A DNA stretch of 64,000 bases from Azolla caroliniana (Eukaryota > Plantae > Polypodiophyta), in the NCBI GenBank assembly GCA_043228905.1, contig JBHGNT010000058.1, positions 62,001 to 126,000 on the forward strand. Direction: 5' to 3'. The notes beneath the pieces are model-generated. The model had not been told where the DNA came from. It did not search any database and was given only the letters and a program-made list of their open reading frames with translations. The position numbers and the translations under genes are program-made. Shown here one piece after another: positions 11,564-26,751 of this stretch. Position 1 is the stretch's first letter. Each line of letters begins with the position of its first letter.

Positions 11564-13710
11564 TTTATTTGTAGCAAAGCACTAAAATAGTACATTAACT
11601 AATTTATTTACTAAATGAATTCCATTGTAATCCAGTTGTCTCGAATTGTAGATTTTTACTCGAAACGTGCGGGGACAAGTACAGGCATAGGAAAAACTAG
11701 ATACATTATATATCATGAGTTAATGTGGCATCGATAAAAGCCCGTGAAATTATTAAATCTTAAAAACGAGAGTTTGTTAGAATAATCCTCTGTTTCTTGT
11801 TGATGCTTGCGCAATATATAAATATTATTTATTAGTGATCAATGATTGCAATATTAAAAACTGTACAAGATGTAATCCATTGAAGTCTAGTTGGTCAGAA
11901 TACTCGACTCTCACGCGAGATACCCGTATTCAACTCTTTGCAATAGAAAGGACAATATCATATATAAAATTTTGCGACGAATGTCATGCGTTAACTGTTT
12001 GATAACTCAAAAACTTAAGACGTAAAGTAGTTACAATAATGTACAATTACCAAAATAATCATTATTATGTTGGAAGGATTGATAAAGAACTTTGCTTTGA
12101 TTTTTTTCTCCGCACATCAATTTCTACACTTAATACGAATATTCAATTAATAGTAGAGGTTTCTAATGAGCTTTGACAAACGATTATGTGGTTTGGGACA
12201 AGGAGAAGAAGTATATTTAGTCGTGGTTATTCCTCAACATTGTTACGACAAAGTAGTACACCAAGAATTATAGTTTGGATAATTTGATACAATTTCCAAA
12301 AATGCGCATAGATTGTCGAATAATGGTGAATTCTCGATGAGCATCGCACCATGTTTCTTGATTTGAAGTAAAGTACTAAAATATTATATTACCTAATTCA
12401 TTTACTAAAAGAATTCCAGTGTAGTCTAGTTGGTTCGTATCTTTGTTTTTTACATGAGACTCCCGGGTACAACAATTGGCATTGGAAAAACTAGCTACAT
12501 CATAGATCATGAGTTAATATCACATCAATAAAAACCATTGAAATTCTTCAATCCTAAAAACGAGAGTCTGTTAGAATAGTGCTCAGTTTCTCGGTGATGC
12601 TTGCGCAACATATAAATATTATTTATTACGAATGAATGATTGCAATATTAAAAAGTACACAAGATATGATACATTATAGTCCAGTTGGTTAGGATACTCG
12701 GCTCTCACCCGAGAGACCCGGTTTCAACTCCCGGCAATGGAAACGAAAATATTGTATATTAAATTTCCGACGCATATGTTTTGTTAATTGTTTGATAACT
12801 CAAAAACTCAAGACCTAAAGTAGATGTTCCAATAATGTACAATTAACAAGATAACCAATATTATGTGTGAAGGATTGATGACGAACTTTGCTTTGATATT
12901 TTTCTCCTAACATCAATTTCTAAACTTAATCCAATTATTCAATTAATAGTAGAGGTTTCAAATGAAATTTGACAAAAGATTATGTTGTTCGGGACCAGAA
13001 GAAGCAGTATATTTAGTCGTCGTTATTTCTCAACATGGTAACGACAAATTAGTACACCGACAATTATAGTTTGGATAACTCAATAGAATTTCAAACAATA
13101 CGCATAGGTTGTAGAATAATGGTCAACTGTCGATGAGCATTGCACCAGGTTTCTTTATTTGTAATAGAGGACTAGAATATTATATTAACTAATTTATTTA
13201 CTAAATGAATTCCATTGTAATCAAGTCGAGTATAAATCGTTGATTTATACTCGAAATGTGCGGGTACAAGTACAAGCATAGGAAAAACTAGATACATTAT
13301 ATATCATGAGTTAATGTGGCATCGATAAAAACCCTAGAAAATTATTAAATCTTAAAAACGAGAGTATGTTAGAATAATCCTCTGTTTCTTATTGATGCTT
13401 GCGCAATATATAAATATTATTTATTACTAATCAATGATTGCAATATTAAAAAGTGTACAAGATGTAATCCATTGAAGTCTAGTTGGTTAGAATACTCGGT
13501 TCCTTGCTGTTTACCTGAGACGCCCGGGTACAACTAGATATATCAGATATACTGAGTTAATGTGGCATCGAGAAAAACCCTTGAAATTATTCAATCTTAA
13601 AAACGAGTGTGGTAGAATAGTCCTCTGTTTCTCGTTCATGCTTGCGTAAAATATAAATATTATTTATTTGTAATCAACGATTGCAATATTAAAAAGCACA
13701 CAAAATGTGA

Positions 13711-13783
13711 TCCATTGTAGTCTAGTTGGTTAGGATACTCGGCTCTCACCCGAGAGTTCCGGGTTCAACTACCGGCAATGGAA
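13711..13783 (+). pseudogene. tRNA-Glu(CTC), near-intact but C61>A in the B box/T stem
   Basis: Three differences from consensus; acceptor, D and anticodon stems are intact. Confidence 0.8.
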
Positions 13784-16700
13784 ACGACAATGTCATATAT
13801 TAAATTTCCGACGCATATAATGCGTTATCTGTTTGATAACTCCAAAACTCAAGACCTAAAGTAAATGTTACAATAATGTACAATTAACAAAATAATCAAT
13901 ATTATGTTTGAAGGATTGATGATGAACTTTACTTTGATTGAAGGATCGATAGAAACCCATGAAATTATTAAATCTTAAAAACAAGATTGTGTTAGAATAA
14001 TCATGTGTTTCTTGTAGATGCTTGCACAATATATAATGTTTTTTTTTCTTCTTCTAACATCAATTTCTAAACTTAATCCCATTATTCGATTAATGGTAGA
14101 GGTTTCAAATGAAATTGGACAAAACATTATGTTGTTCAGGATAACAAGAAGTAGTATATTTGGTTCGTATCCTTGTTTTTTACACGAGACTCCCGGGTAA
14201 AACAATTGGCATTGGAAAAACTAGCTATATCATAGATCATGAGTTAATATCACATCAATAAAAACCATTGAAATTCTTCAATCCTAAAAATGAGAGTCTG
14301 TTAGAATAGTCCTCAGTTTCTCGGAGACGTTTGCGCAACATATAAATATTATTTATTACGAATGAATGATTGCAATATTAAAAAGTACACAAGATATGAT
14401 ACATTACAGTCTAGTTGGTTAGGATACTCGGCTCTCACCCAAGAGACCTGGTTTCAACTCCCGGCAATGGAAACGAAAATATTATATATTAAATTTCCGA
14501 CGCATATGTTTTGTTAACTGTTTGATAACTCAAAAACTCAAGACCTAAAGTAGATGTTCCAATAATGTACAATTAACGAGATAACCAATATTATGTGTGA
14601 AGGATTGATGACGAACTTTGCTTTGATATTTTTCTCCTAACATCAATTTCTAAACTTAATCCAATTATTCAATTAATAGTAGAGGTTTCAAATGAAATTT
14701 GACAAAAGATTATGTTGTTCGGGACCAGAAGAAGCAGTATATTTAGTCGTCGTTATTTCTCAACATGGTTACGACAAATTAGTACACCGACAATTATAGT
14801 TTGCATAACTCAATAGAATTTCAAACAATACGCATAGGTTGTAGAATAATGGTCAACTGTCGATGAGCATTGCACCATATTTCTTTATTTATATTAACTA
14901 ATTTATTTACTAAATGAATTCCATTGTAATCAAGTCGAGTATAGATCATTGATTTATACTCGAAACGAGAGTATGTTAGAATAATCCTTGAAATTATTCA
15001 ATCCCTTCAAAAACCCTTGAAATTAGAGTATGAAAAACCCTTGAAATTATTCAATCTTAAAAACGAGAGTGTGGTAGAATAGTCCTCTGTTTCTCGTTCA
15101 TGCTTGCGTAAAATATAAATATTATTTATTTCTAATCAACGATTGCAATATTAAAAAGCACACAAAATGTGATCCATTGTAGTCTGGTTGGTTAGGATAC
15201 TCGGCTCTCACCCGAGAGACACGGGATCAACTCCCGGCAATGGAAACAACTATATCATATATTAAATTTCCGACGGATATCATCTGTTAACTGTTTGATA
15301 ACTGAAAAACTCAACTTGCCTCGGTACATAACTAATTCATTAACAAAGGACTAGAATGGTATATTGTAATCAAGTTGTCTCAGATGCTTACTTTTTACCT
15401 GGGATGCCCTACTACAAGTAGACATATCATATATCATGAGTTAATGTGGCATCGATAAAAACCCTTGAAATTATTAAATCCTAAAAACGGTAGTGTGTTA
15501 GAATAATCCTCAGTTTTTCATTGATGCTTGCACAATATATAAATATTATTTATTTCTAAGCAATTATAGCAATATTAAAAAACCCACAAGATGTGATCCA
15601 TTGTAGTCTAGTTGGTTAGGATGCTCGGCTCTCACCCGAGAGACCCGTGTTCAACTCCTGACAATGGAATAGACAATATCATATATCGAATTTGGCGACG
15701 CATGTCATGTGTGTACTGTTTAATAACAACTCAAGCCCTAAAGTAGATCTTACAATAATGTACAATTAACAAAATAATTAATATTATGTTTGAAGGATTG
15801 ACAAAGAACTTTACTTTAATTGTTTTCTCCTAACATCAATTTCTAAATTTAATCCCGTTATTCGATTAATGGTAGAGGTTTCGAATGAAATTGGACCAAA
15901 CATTATGTTGTTCGGGACAACAAGAAGCACTATATTTAGTTGTGGTTATTCGTCAACATTGGTACGATAAATTAGTACACCAAACATTATAGTTTGGATA
16001 ACTCGATACAATTTCAAACAATACGCATAGATTGCAGAATAATGGTCAACTGTTGATGACTATTGCACCATGTTTCTTTATATGTAACAAAGGACTAGAA
16101 TGGTACATTAACTAAATTCCATTGTAATTAAATTGCCTCGGATCCTTGCGTTTTACCTGTGATGCCCGGGTACAAATAGATATATCATATATCATGAGTT
16201 AATGTGGGAGTGATAAAAACCCTTGAAATTTGTAAATCTTAAAAACGAGAGTGTGTTAGAATAATCCTGAGTTTTTTGTTGATGCTTCCACAAAATATAA
16301 ATAGTATTTATTTCTAATCAACGATTGTAATATTACAAAGCACACAAAATATGATCCATTGTACTGTAGTTCGTTAGGATACTCAGCTCTCACCCGAGAG
16401 ATCCGGGTTCAACTCCCCGCAATAGAAACGACAATATCATATATTAAATTTTTGACGCATATCATGTGTTAACTGTTTGATAACTCAATAACTCAAGACC
16501 TAAAGTAGGTGTTACAATAATGTACAATTAACAAAATAATCAATATTATGTTTGAAGGATTGATAAAGAACTTTACTTTGATTTTTTCCTCCTAACATCA
16601 ATTTGTAAACTTAATCCCATTATTCCATTAATGGTAATGGTTTCGAATGAAACTGGACCAAACATTATGTTGTTCGGGACAACAAGAAGCAATATATTTA

Positions 16701-17905
16701 GTTATGGTGATTCCTCAACATTGTTATGATAAATTAGTAGACCAACAATTATAGTTTGGATAACTTGATACAATTTCAAGCAATACGCATAGATTGCAAA
16801 ATAATGGTCAACTGTCCACAAGCATTGTAGCATGTTTCTTTCTTTGTACCAAAGCACTAGAATAGTACATTAACTAACTCATTTATTCAATCAATTCCAT
16901 TGTAATCAAGTTGCCTTTAATCGTTGATTTTTACCCAAGCCGCACGGTTACAAGCACAGGCATAGGAAAAACTAGATACATCATAGATGATGAGTAAATT
17001 TCGCATTGATAAAAACCAGTGAAATTATTAAATCTTAACACGAATAGTGTGTTAGAATAATCCACTGTTTCTTGTTGATGCTTGCGCAATATGTAAATAT
17101 TATTTATTACTAATCAATGAATGCAATATTAAAAACTCTGCAATATGTGATCCGTTGAAGTCTAGTCGGTTAGAATACTCGGCTCTCACCTGACAAACCC
17201 GGGTTCAACTCCTGGCAATGAAAATGACAATATCATGTATTAAATTTCTGACGCATATCTTGTGTGAACTGTTTGATTACTCAAAAACTCAAGACCTAAA
17301 GTAGATGTTACAATAATGTACAATTACCAAAAATATGCATAGATTGTAGAATAATGGTGAACTCTCGATCAACATTGCACCATATTTCTTTGCTTGAACC
17401 AAAGCACTAGAATATTACATTAACTAATTAATTTACTAAATAAATTCCATTGTAGTCTAGTTGGTTCGGATCCTTGTTTTTTTACACATAGATTGCAGAA
17501 TAATGGTCAACTGTCGAGAGACCCGGGTTTAACTCCCACCAATAGAAAAGACAATATCATATATCATATTTTGCGATGCATGTCAAGTGTTAAGTGTTCG
17601 ATAACTCAAAAAGTGAAGACCTAACATTATTTTTGTTCGGGATAACAATATGCAGTATATTTAGTTCCGGTTATTCCACAACTTTCTTACGACAAATTAG
17701 TACACCAACAATATAGTTTGGATAACTCGATAGAATTTCAAACAATACGCATAGATTGCAGAATAATGATCAACTTTCAATGATTATTGCACCATGTTTC
17801 TTTATTTCTAACAAAGGACTAAAATGGTACATTAACTAAGTCATTTACTAAATGATTACCATTGTAATCTAGTTGCCTCGGATCCTTGCTTTTGACCTGA
17901 GACGC

Positions 17906-19201
17906 TGTCGTGTGAATCTTCACACACTATGTAAAAAAATAATGAAATAATTATTATAGATTAGATTAGTAGCTTACTATAGAAAGATGGATATACTCAA
18001 GAGCTTCAAAATGTATTTTACTATATACAAAATGGAGAAATACATATCAAGTTATAAGAAAATAAAGTTTGAGAAGATAGGGAAATTAGAACTATCCCAC
18101 ATAGATAGGAAACTTAAGGCCTTGGCTATATAAGCACCTTGAGCTCCCTCATTTTTCATTTCTGCTAAGAGCACTTTGGCCACTTTGTCTTGATGGATGA
18201 TGGTGGCCAAATTCCCTAAAATTGGAAATTGGTTGGTAAGCAAATCCGGAAAATGGGTCCGGTAAGCAAATCTAGAAACCGGCTAGTATGCAAACCGGAA
18301 ACCGGCCGGTATGCAAAACCGGAACCGGAACCGGCAAGCAAAACCGGAACCGACCGGTAAGCAAAACCGGAACCGGAACCGGTATGCAAACCGGAACCGG
18401 AAATCGACCGGCAAGCAAAACCGATATCGATCGGTAAGCAAAACCGGAACCGAAACCGGTATGCAAACCGGAACCGACCGGCAAGCAAACCGGAACTGTA
18501 ACTGGAACCGGCCGGCAAGCAAAATGGAACCGGCCGGCAAGGGATTCAGCGATCGAGCGGAACTGGCAACCGTACGAGGTTGGGCGCAAATTGAACGGAT
18601 AAAAGGATCATGTGGCTATTTAAAGAAAGGTAAAAGAGACTAAAGTAAAGGTCAAGTGGACGGTTGCATGCAAGTAAAGAAAAAGCCATGCAACTAAAAA
18701 TAGATTCAACGAAAAGAAAAGCTATGCAACTAAAAGTAGAAGCCATGCAACAAAAAGTGGAGGTATATGATCAACGAGGAAGTCCATATATAATTCCATT
18801 TCTTTTCCTATACTCAGAAGCTCTCTCCATATTATCTCGATTATTTTTCTTTTCCTTCTCAACTCCCTTATCTTAGGGAAGCTATCTCTCAAGTAAACCA
18901 TAATTTCCATACGGAAGCAATCTCTCAAAATCCAAAATTCCTTGTCAAAGCCATATCACTCAAGAATCATAATCTCTTATTTCCTCTAATCTATTATTCT
19001 AATCATCTCCATAAGATAAAACTTTTGTAATCCCAATCTTGAGATTGATTATAATCTTTCTTTCCATTTATTAATGAAATTTGTGAATCTTTATCATTTT
19101 GTATTAATTGTTTAATATAATCATACGAATCTGATATCTTCTGGTCGAAGGCCCCGGGGTCCTGCCTCAAGTTCGCGTATCCTCGTCGTATTTTCGCGAC
19201 A
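17906..19201. mobile_element. Solo LTR (1296 bp) of an LTR retrotransposon
   Basis: TGTCG...CGACA termini and a 4-bp TSD ACGC (17902-17905, 19202-19205) interrupting the satellite motif ctgagacgcccgggtacaag. A TATA-like CTATATAAG lies near 18127 on +. There are no coding domains. Confidence 0.88.
18236..18570 (+). repeat. CCGG-rich minisatellite (GCAAAACCGGAACCGG[AACCG] variants) inside the solo LTR
   Basis: Directly visible tandem variants; they produce the low-complexity ORFs at 18216-18643. Confidence 0.9.
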
Positions 19202-22200
19202 ACGCCCGGGTACAAGTAGATATATCCTATATCATGAGTTAATATGGCATTGATAAAAACCCTTGAAATTATTAAATCTTACAAAAAGAGATTGTGTTAG
19301 AATAATCATCAGTTTTTTGTTGATGCTTGCGCAATATATAAATATTATTTATTTCTCATCAATGATAGCAAGATTAAAAAGCACACAAGATGTGATCCAC
19401 GATAGTCTAGTTGGTTAGGATACTCGGTCCTCACTTGAGAGACCCGAGTTCAACTCCCGGGAATGGAAACGACAATATCATATATTAAATTTTCGACGCA
19501 TATCATGTGTTAACTGTTTGATAACTCAAAAACTCAAGTCCTAAAGTAGGTATTACAATAATGTACAATTAAAAAAACCATCAACTTTATGTTTCAACAA
19601 TTGATGACGAGCTTTACTTTGATTTTGTTCTCCTAACATCAATTTCTAAACTTAATTCCATTATTCTATTAATGGTAGAGGTTTGGAAAGAAATTGGACA
19701 AAACATTATGTTGTTCGGGACAACAAGAAGAAGAAAATATTTTATGGTTATTCCTCAACATTATTACGATAAATTAGTACACCAACAATTATAGTTTAGA
19801 TAACTTGATACAATTTCAAACAATACGCATAGATTGCAGAATAACTGTTTGATAACTCAAAAACTCAAGACCTAAAGTAGATGTTATAATAATGTACAAT
19901 TAATAAAATAATCAATATTATGTTTGAAGGATTGATGACGAACATTGCTTTCCTTTTTTTCTCCTAACATCCATTTCTAAACTTAATCCCATTATTCAAT
20001 TAATAGTAGAGGTTTCAAATGAAATTTGACAAAATATTATGTTGTTCGGGACAAGAAGAAGCAATATATTTAGTCGTGGTTATTTCTCAACATGGTCATG
20101 ACAAATTAGTACACCGACAATTATAGTTTGGATAACTTGATAGAATTTCCAAAAATACGCATAGATTGTAGAATAATGGTGAACTCTCAATCAACATTGC
20201 ACTATATTTCTTTAATTGAACCAAAGCACTAGAATATTACATTAACTAACTCATTTACTAAATGAATTCCATTGTAGTCTAGTTGGTTCAGATCCATTAT
20301 TTTTACACGAGACTCCCGGGTACAACAATTGGCATGGGAGAAACTAGATACATCATAGATCTAGAGTTAATATCGGATCAATGGAAACCCTTGAAATTAT
20401 TAAATCTTATAACCGAGAGTGTGTTAGAATAATCCTTTGTTTCTCGTTGATGCTTGCGCAATATATAAATATTGTTTATTAGTAATCAATGATTGCAATA
20501 TTGAAAAGTACACAAGATATAATCTATTGTAGTCTAGTTGGTTAGGATACTAGGCTCACCCGAGAGACCCGGGTTCAACACCCGACAATGGAAACGACAA
20601 TATCATATATTAAATTTCCGACGCATATCATGTTTTAATTGTTTGATAACTCAAAAACTCAAGATTATGTTTGAAGCATTGACGACAAACTTTCCTCGAT
20701 CAACATTGCAAAAATACGCATAGATTGTAGAATAATAGTGAATTCTCGATCAACATTGCAACATATTTCTTTATTTGAAGCAAAGCACTAGAATATTACG
20801 TTTAGTAATTCATTTACTAAAGTAATTTCATTGTAGTCTCCTTGGTTGGGATCCTTGTTTTTTACACGAGACTCCCGGGTACAACAATAGGCATTGGAAA
20901 ACTAGAGTTGTGGTTATGGTTGTGGTTATTTGGTTGTGATTATTCGTCAACATTGGTACGACAAATTAGTACACCAGCAATTATAGTTTGGATAACTCGA
21001 TACAATTTCAAACAATACGAATAGAATACAAAATAATGTTCAACTGTCGACAAGCATTGCACCATGTTTCTCTATTTGTAGCGAAGCACTAGAATAGTAC
21101 ATTGACTAATTTATTTTCTAAATGAATTCCATTGTAATCAAGTTGCTTGGAATCGTTAATTTCTACTCGAAACGTGCAGGGACAAGTACAGGCATACTAA
21201 AAACTAAATACATTATATATCATGAGTGAATGTGGCATAGATTAAAACCCGTGAAATTAATAAATCTTAAAATTGAGAGTGTGTTAGAATAATCCTTTGT
21301 TTCTTGTTGATGCTTGCGGAACATAGAAATCATATTTATTACTAATCAATGATTACAATATTAAAAAGTGCACAGGATGTGATACAATGTAGTGTAGTTG
21401 TTTAGGATACTCGGCTCTCAACCGAGAAACTTGGGTTTAATTCCCGGAAATGGAAAAGCCAATATCATATATTAAACTTCCGACGCGTATCATGTGTTAA
21501 TTGTTTGAGAACTCAAAAACTCAAGACCTAAAGTAGGCATTACAATAATGTTTTACACTAGACTCCCGGGTAGAACAATTAGCATGGGAAAAACTCGATA
21601 CATCATAGATCATGAGTTAATATGACATCGATAAAAACCGTTGAAATTATTAAATCTTAAAAACGAGAGTGTGTTAGAATAATCCTCAGTTTCTAGTTGA
21701 TGCTTGCGCACTATATAAATATTGTTTATTACTAATCAATCATTGCAACATTAGAAAGTATATGATCCATTGTAGTCGAGTCGGTTAGGATACTCGGCTC
21801 TCACCTGAGAGACTCGGGTTCAACTCCCCCTGCAATCGAAACGACAACATCATATATTAAATTTTCGACGAGATACTATGTTAACTGTTAGATAACTCAA
21901 AAACTCTAGGCCTAAAGTAGATGTTACAATAATGTACAACTAACAAAATAATCAATATTATGTTTGAAGGATTGATGATGAACTTTACTTTCATTTTTTT
22001 CTCCTCATATAAATTTCTAAACTTCATGCCATTATTCAATTAATAGTAGAGGTTTCAAATGAAATTTGACAAAACATTATCTTGTTCGTGACAAGAAGAA
22101 GCAGTATATTTAGTCGTGGTTATTTCTCAACATGGTTACGACAAATTAGTACACCGACTATTATAGTTTGGATAACTAGATAGAATTTCCAAAAATACGG

Positions 22201-25200
22201 ATAGATTGCAGAGTAATGTTGATCTCTCGATCAACATTGCACCATATTTTTTTATTTGAAGCAAAGCACTAGAACATTATATTAACTAATTCATTTACTT
22301 AATGAATTCCAATGTAGTCTAGTTGGCATTGGAAAAACTAGACACATCCTAGATCATGAGGTAATGTCGCATCGATAAAAACCCTTGAAATTATTAAATC
22401 TTAAAAACGAGAGTTTGTTAGAATAATCCTCAGTTTCTCGTTGTTGCTTGCGCAATATATAAATATTATTTATTACTAATCAATGATTGCAATATTAAAA
22501 ATTACACAAGATGTGATCCATTGTAGTCTAGTTGGTTAGGATACTCGGCTCTCAGCCGAGAGACTCGGGTTCAACCATAGCAATATTATTTATTACTAAT
22601 CAATCATAGCAATATGAAAAAGTACACTAGATATGATCCATTCTAGTCTAGTTGGTTAGGATACTTGGCTCTCACCTTAGAGACCCAGGTTCAAGTCCCA
22701 GCAATGGAAACGACAATATCATATATTAAATTTCCGATGCATATCATGTGTTAACTATTTGATAACTCAAAAGCTCAAGACCTAAAGTAGGTATCAAACA
22801 AAAACTCAAAACCTAAACTAGGTGTTACAATAATGTACAGTTAGCAAAATATTCAATATTATGTTTGGAGGATTGATAATGAATTTTACTTTGGTTTTTT
22901 TCTCCTAACATCAATTTCTAAACTTAATCCCATTATTCAATTAATACTAGAGGTTTCAAATGAAATTTGACAAAACATTATGTTGTTCGGGACAAGAAGA
23001 AGCAGTATATTTAGTTGTGGTTATTCCTCAACATTGTTACGACAAATTAGTACACCAAAAATTATAGTTTGGATAATTTGATACAATTTCTAACAATACG
23101 CATAGATTGAAAAATAATAGTCAACTGTCGATGATCATTGCACAATGTTTCTTTCTTTGTAACAAAGGACTAGAATGGTACATTAGCTAATTCATTTATT
23201 AAATGAATTCCATTGTAATCAAGTTGCCTCGCATTCTTTGCATTTTACTTGACACGCTCGGGTACAAGTAGATATATCATATATCATGAGTTAATGTGGC
23301 ATCGATAAAAACCCTTGAAAGTATTAAATCTTAAAAATGACAGTGTGTTAGAATAATTGTTAGTTTTTCGTTGATGGTTGCGCAATATATAAATATTATT
23401 TATTTCTAATCAATGATTGCAATATTAAAAACCACACAAGATGTGATCCATTGTAGTCTACTTGGTTAGATTACTCAGCTCTCATCCGAGAGACCCGGGT
23501 TCCACTCCCGGTAATGGAAAAGACAATATCATATATCAAATTTTGCAACCATATCATGTGTTAATTGTTTGATAACTCAAAAACTCAAGACCTAAAGTAG
23601 ATGTTCCAATAATGTACAATTAACAAAATAATCAATATTATGCTCGAAGGATTGATGATGAACTTTACTTTGATTTTTTTCTCCTAACATGAATTTCTAA
23701 ACTTACTCCCATTATTTGATTAATAGTAAATGTTTCAAATGAAATTGGACAAAACATAATGTTGTTCGAGACAACAAAAAGATGTATAGTTGGTTGTGGT
23801 TGTTCGTCAACATTGGTACGACAAATTAGTACATCAACAATTATAGTTTGGATAACTCGATACAATTTCAAACAATACGCATAGATTGCAGAATAATGGT
23901 CAACTGTCGATAAGCATTGCTAAATGAATTCCATTGTAATCAAGTTGCCTCAAATCGTTGATTCTTACTCGAAACACGATAGGAAAAACTAGATACATTA
24001 TATATCATGAGTTACTGTGGCATCGATAAAAAGCCGTGAAATTATTAAATCTTAAAAACAACAGTGTGTTACAACAATCCTCAGTTTTTCATTGATGCTT
24101 AAGGAATATATAAATATTATTTATTACCAATCAATGATTAGAATATTAAAAAGTGCACAAGATGTGATCCATTGAAGTCTAGTTGGTTAGAATACTTGGC
24201 TCTCACCCGAGATACCCGTGTTCATCTCCTGGCAATAGAAAGGACAATATCATATATAAAATTTTGCGACGCATGTCATGTGTTAACTGTTTGATAACTC
24301 AAAAACTCAAGACGTAAAGTAGTTACAATAATGTACAATTAATAAAATGAACTCAAAAACTCAAGCTCTAAAGTAGTCGTTACATTAATGTACAATTAAC
24401 AAAATAATCAATATTATGTTTGATGGATTGATAATGAACTTTGCTTTGATTTTTTTCTCCTCACATCAATTTCTAAACTTAATACAAATATTCAATTAAT
24501 AGTAGAGGTTTCTAATGAACTTTGACAAAACATAATGTGGTTCGGGACAAGGCGAAGCAGTATATTTAGTCGTGGTTATTCCTCAACATTGTTACGACAA
24601 ATTAGTACACCAACATTGTTTCTTGATTTGAAGTAAAAGACTAGAATATTATATTAACCAATTCATTTACTAAAAGACTTCCACTATAGTCTAGTTGGTT
24701 AGGATACTCGGCTTTCACCCCAGAGACCCGTGTTCAACTACCGGCAATGAAAACGAGTATATCATATATTAAATTTCCGGCTCATAGCATGTGTTAACGG
24801 TTTGATAACTCAAGACCTAAAGTAGGTGTTACAATAATGTAGAATTACGAAAATAATCAATATTATGTTTGAAGGATTGATGACGAACTTTGCTTTGATA
24901 TTTCTCTCTTAACATCAATTTCTAAAGTTAATCCCATTATTCAATTAATAGTAGAGGTTTCAAATGAAATTTGACAAAACATTATGTTGTTTAGGACGAA
25001 AAGAAGCAATATATTCAGTCGTGGTTATTTATCAACATGGTTACGACAAATGACAATGTGTTAGAATAATTGTCAGTTTTTCGTTGATGGTTGCCCAATA
25101 TATAAATATTATTTATTTCTAATCAATGATTGCAATATTAAAATGCACACAAGATGTGATCCATTGTAGTCTACTTGGTTAGATTACTCAGCTCTCACCC

Positions 25201-26678
25201 GAGAGACCCGGGTTCCACTCCTGGTAATGGAAAACACAATATCATATATCAAATTTTGTAACAATATCATGTGTTAATTGTTTGATAACTCAAAAACTCA
25301 AGACCTAAAGTAGGTGTTCCAATAATGTACAATTAACAAAATAATCAATATTATGTTTGAAGGATTGATGACGAACTTTGCTTTGATTTTTTTCTCCTAA
25401 CATCAATTTCTAAACTTAATCCCATTATTCAATTAATAGTATAGGTTTCAAATGAAATTTGACAAAACATTATGTTGTTCGGGACAAGAAGAAGCAGTAT
25501 ATTTAGTCGTGGTTATTCCTCAACATTGTTACGATAAATTAGTACACCAAGAATTATAGTTTGGATAACTTGATACAATTTCTAAAAATACACATAGATT
25601 GTCGAATAATGGTGAATTCTCGATAAGCATTGCATCATGTTTCTTTATTTGAACAAAAGCACTTGAATATTACATTAACTAATTCATTTACTAAATGAAT
25701 TCCATTGTATTCTAGTTGGTTTGGATAATTGTTTTTTACACAAGACTACCGGCTACAACAATAAGCATTGGAAAAACTAGATACATCATACATCATGACG
25801 TAATGTCGCATAGATAAAAACCATTCAAATTATTTTAATCTTAAAAACGAGAGTGTGTTAGAATAATCCTCAGTTTCTCGTTGATGCTTTCACAATATAT
25901 CAAGATTACTTATTACTAATCTATGATTGCAATATATCTTTACACAAGATAGGATCTATTCTAGTCTAGTTGGTTAGGATACTCTGCTTTCACCCGAGAG
26001 ACCCGTGTTCAACTCCCGGCAATGGAAATGACAATATCATATTATAAATTTTTAACGCATACCATGTGTTAACTATTTGATAACACAAAAACTCAAGACC
26101 TAAAGGAGTTGTTACAATAATGTAGAATTAACAAAATAATCAATATTATGTTTGAAGGATTGATGACAAACTTTAGTTTGGTTTTTATAGTTTCGATAAC
26201 TTGATAGAATTTCCAAACATACGCATAGATAGTAGAATAATGTTGAACTCTCGATCAAGATTGCACCATAGTTTTTTATTTGAAGAAAAGCACTAGAATA
26301 TTACATTAACTAATTCATTTACTAAATGAATTCTATTGTAGTCTAGTTGGTTTGGATCCTTGTTTTTCACACGAGACTCCTGGGTACAACAATAGGCATT
26401 GGAAAAACTAGATACGTCATAGATCATGAGGTAATGTCGCATCGATAAAAACCCTTGAAACTATTTAATTTTAAAAACGAGTGTGTGTTAGAATAATCCT
26501 CAGTTCCTCGTTGATGGTTGTGTAATAAATAAATATTATTTATTACTAATCAATGATTTATCACTAATCAATAATTGCAATATTAAAAAGTGTACCAGAT
26601 GTTATCCATGGTTGCAATATATAAATATTAGTTATTACTAATCTATGATTGCAATATTAAGAAGTACATAAGATAGGA

Positions 26679-26751
26679 TTTATTGTAGTCTAGTTGGTTA
26701 GGATACTCGGCTTTCACCTGAGAGATCCGGGTTCAACTCCTGGCAATGGAA
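26679..26751 (+). tRNA. tRNA-Glu(TTC) candidate; best-folding copy seen, may still be a pseudogene
   Basis: A box and B box (GGTTCAACTCC) are intact. All deviations from consensus are C>T, and those in stems leave G.U pairs (acceptor TTTATTG/CAATGGA, anticodon CTCGG/CTGAG, T stem CCGGG/CCTGG). A TTTT run lies ~22 nt downstream. Confidence 0.45.

Noticed and set aside
18216-18643. Arg/Asn- or Gly/Ser-rich repeat proteins
   Set aside because: They are translations of the CCGG minisatellite in the solo LTR, open in several frames on both strands.
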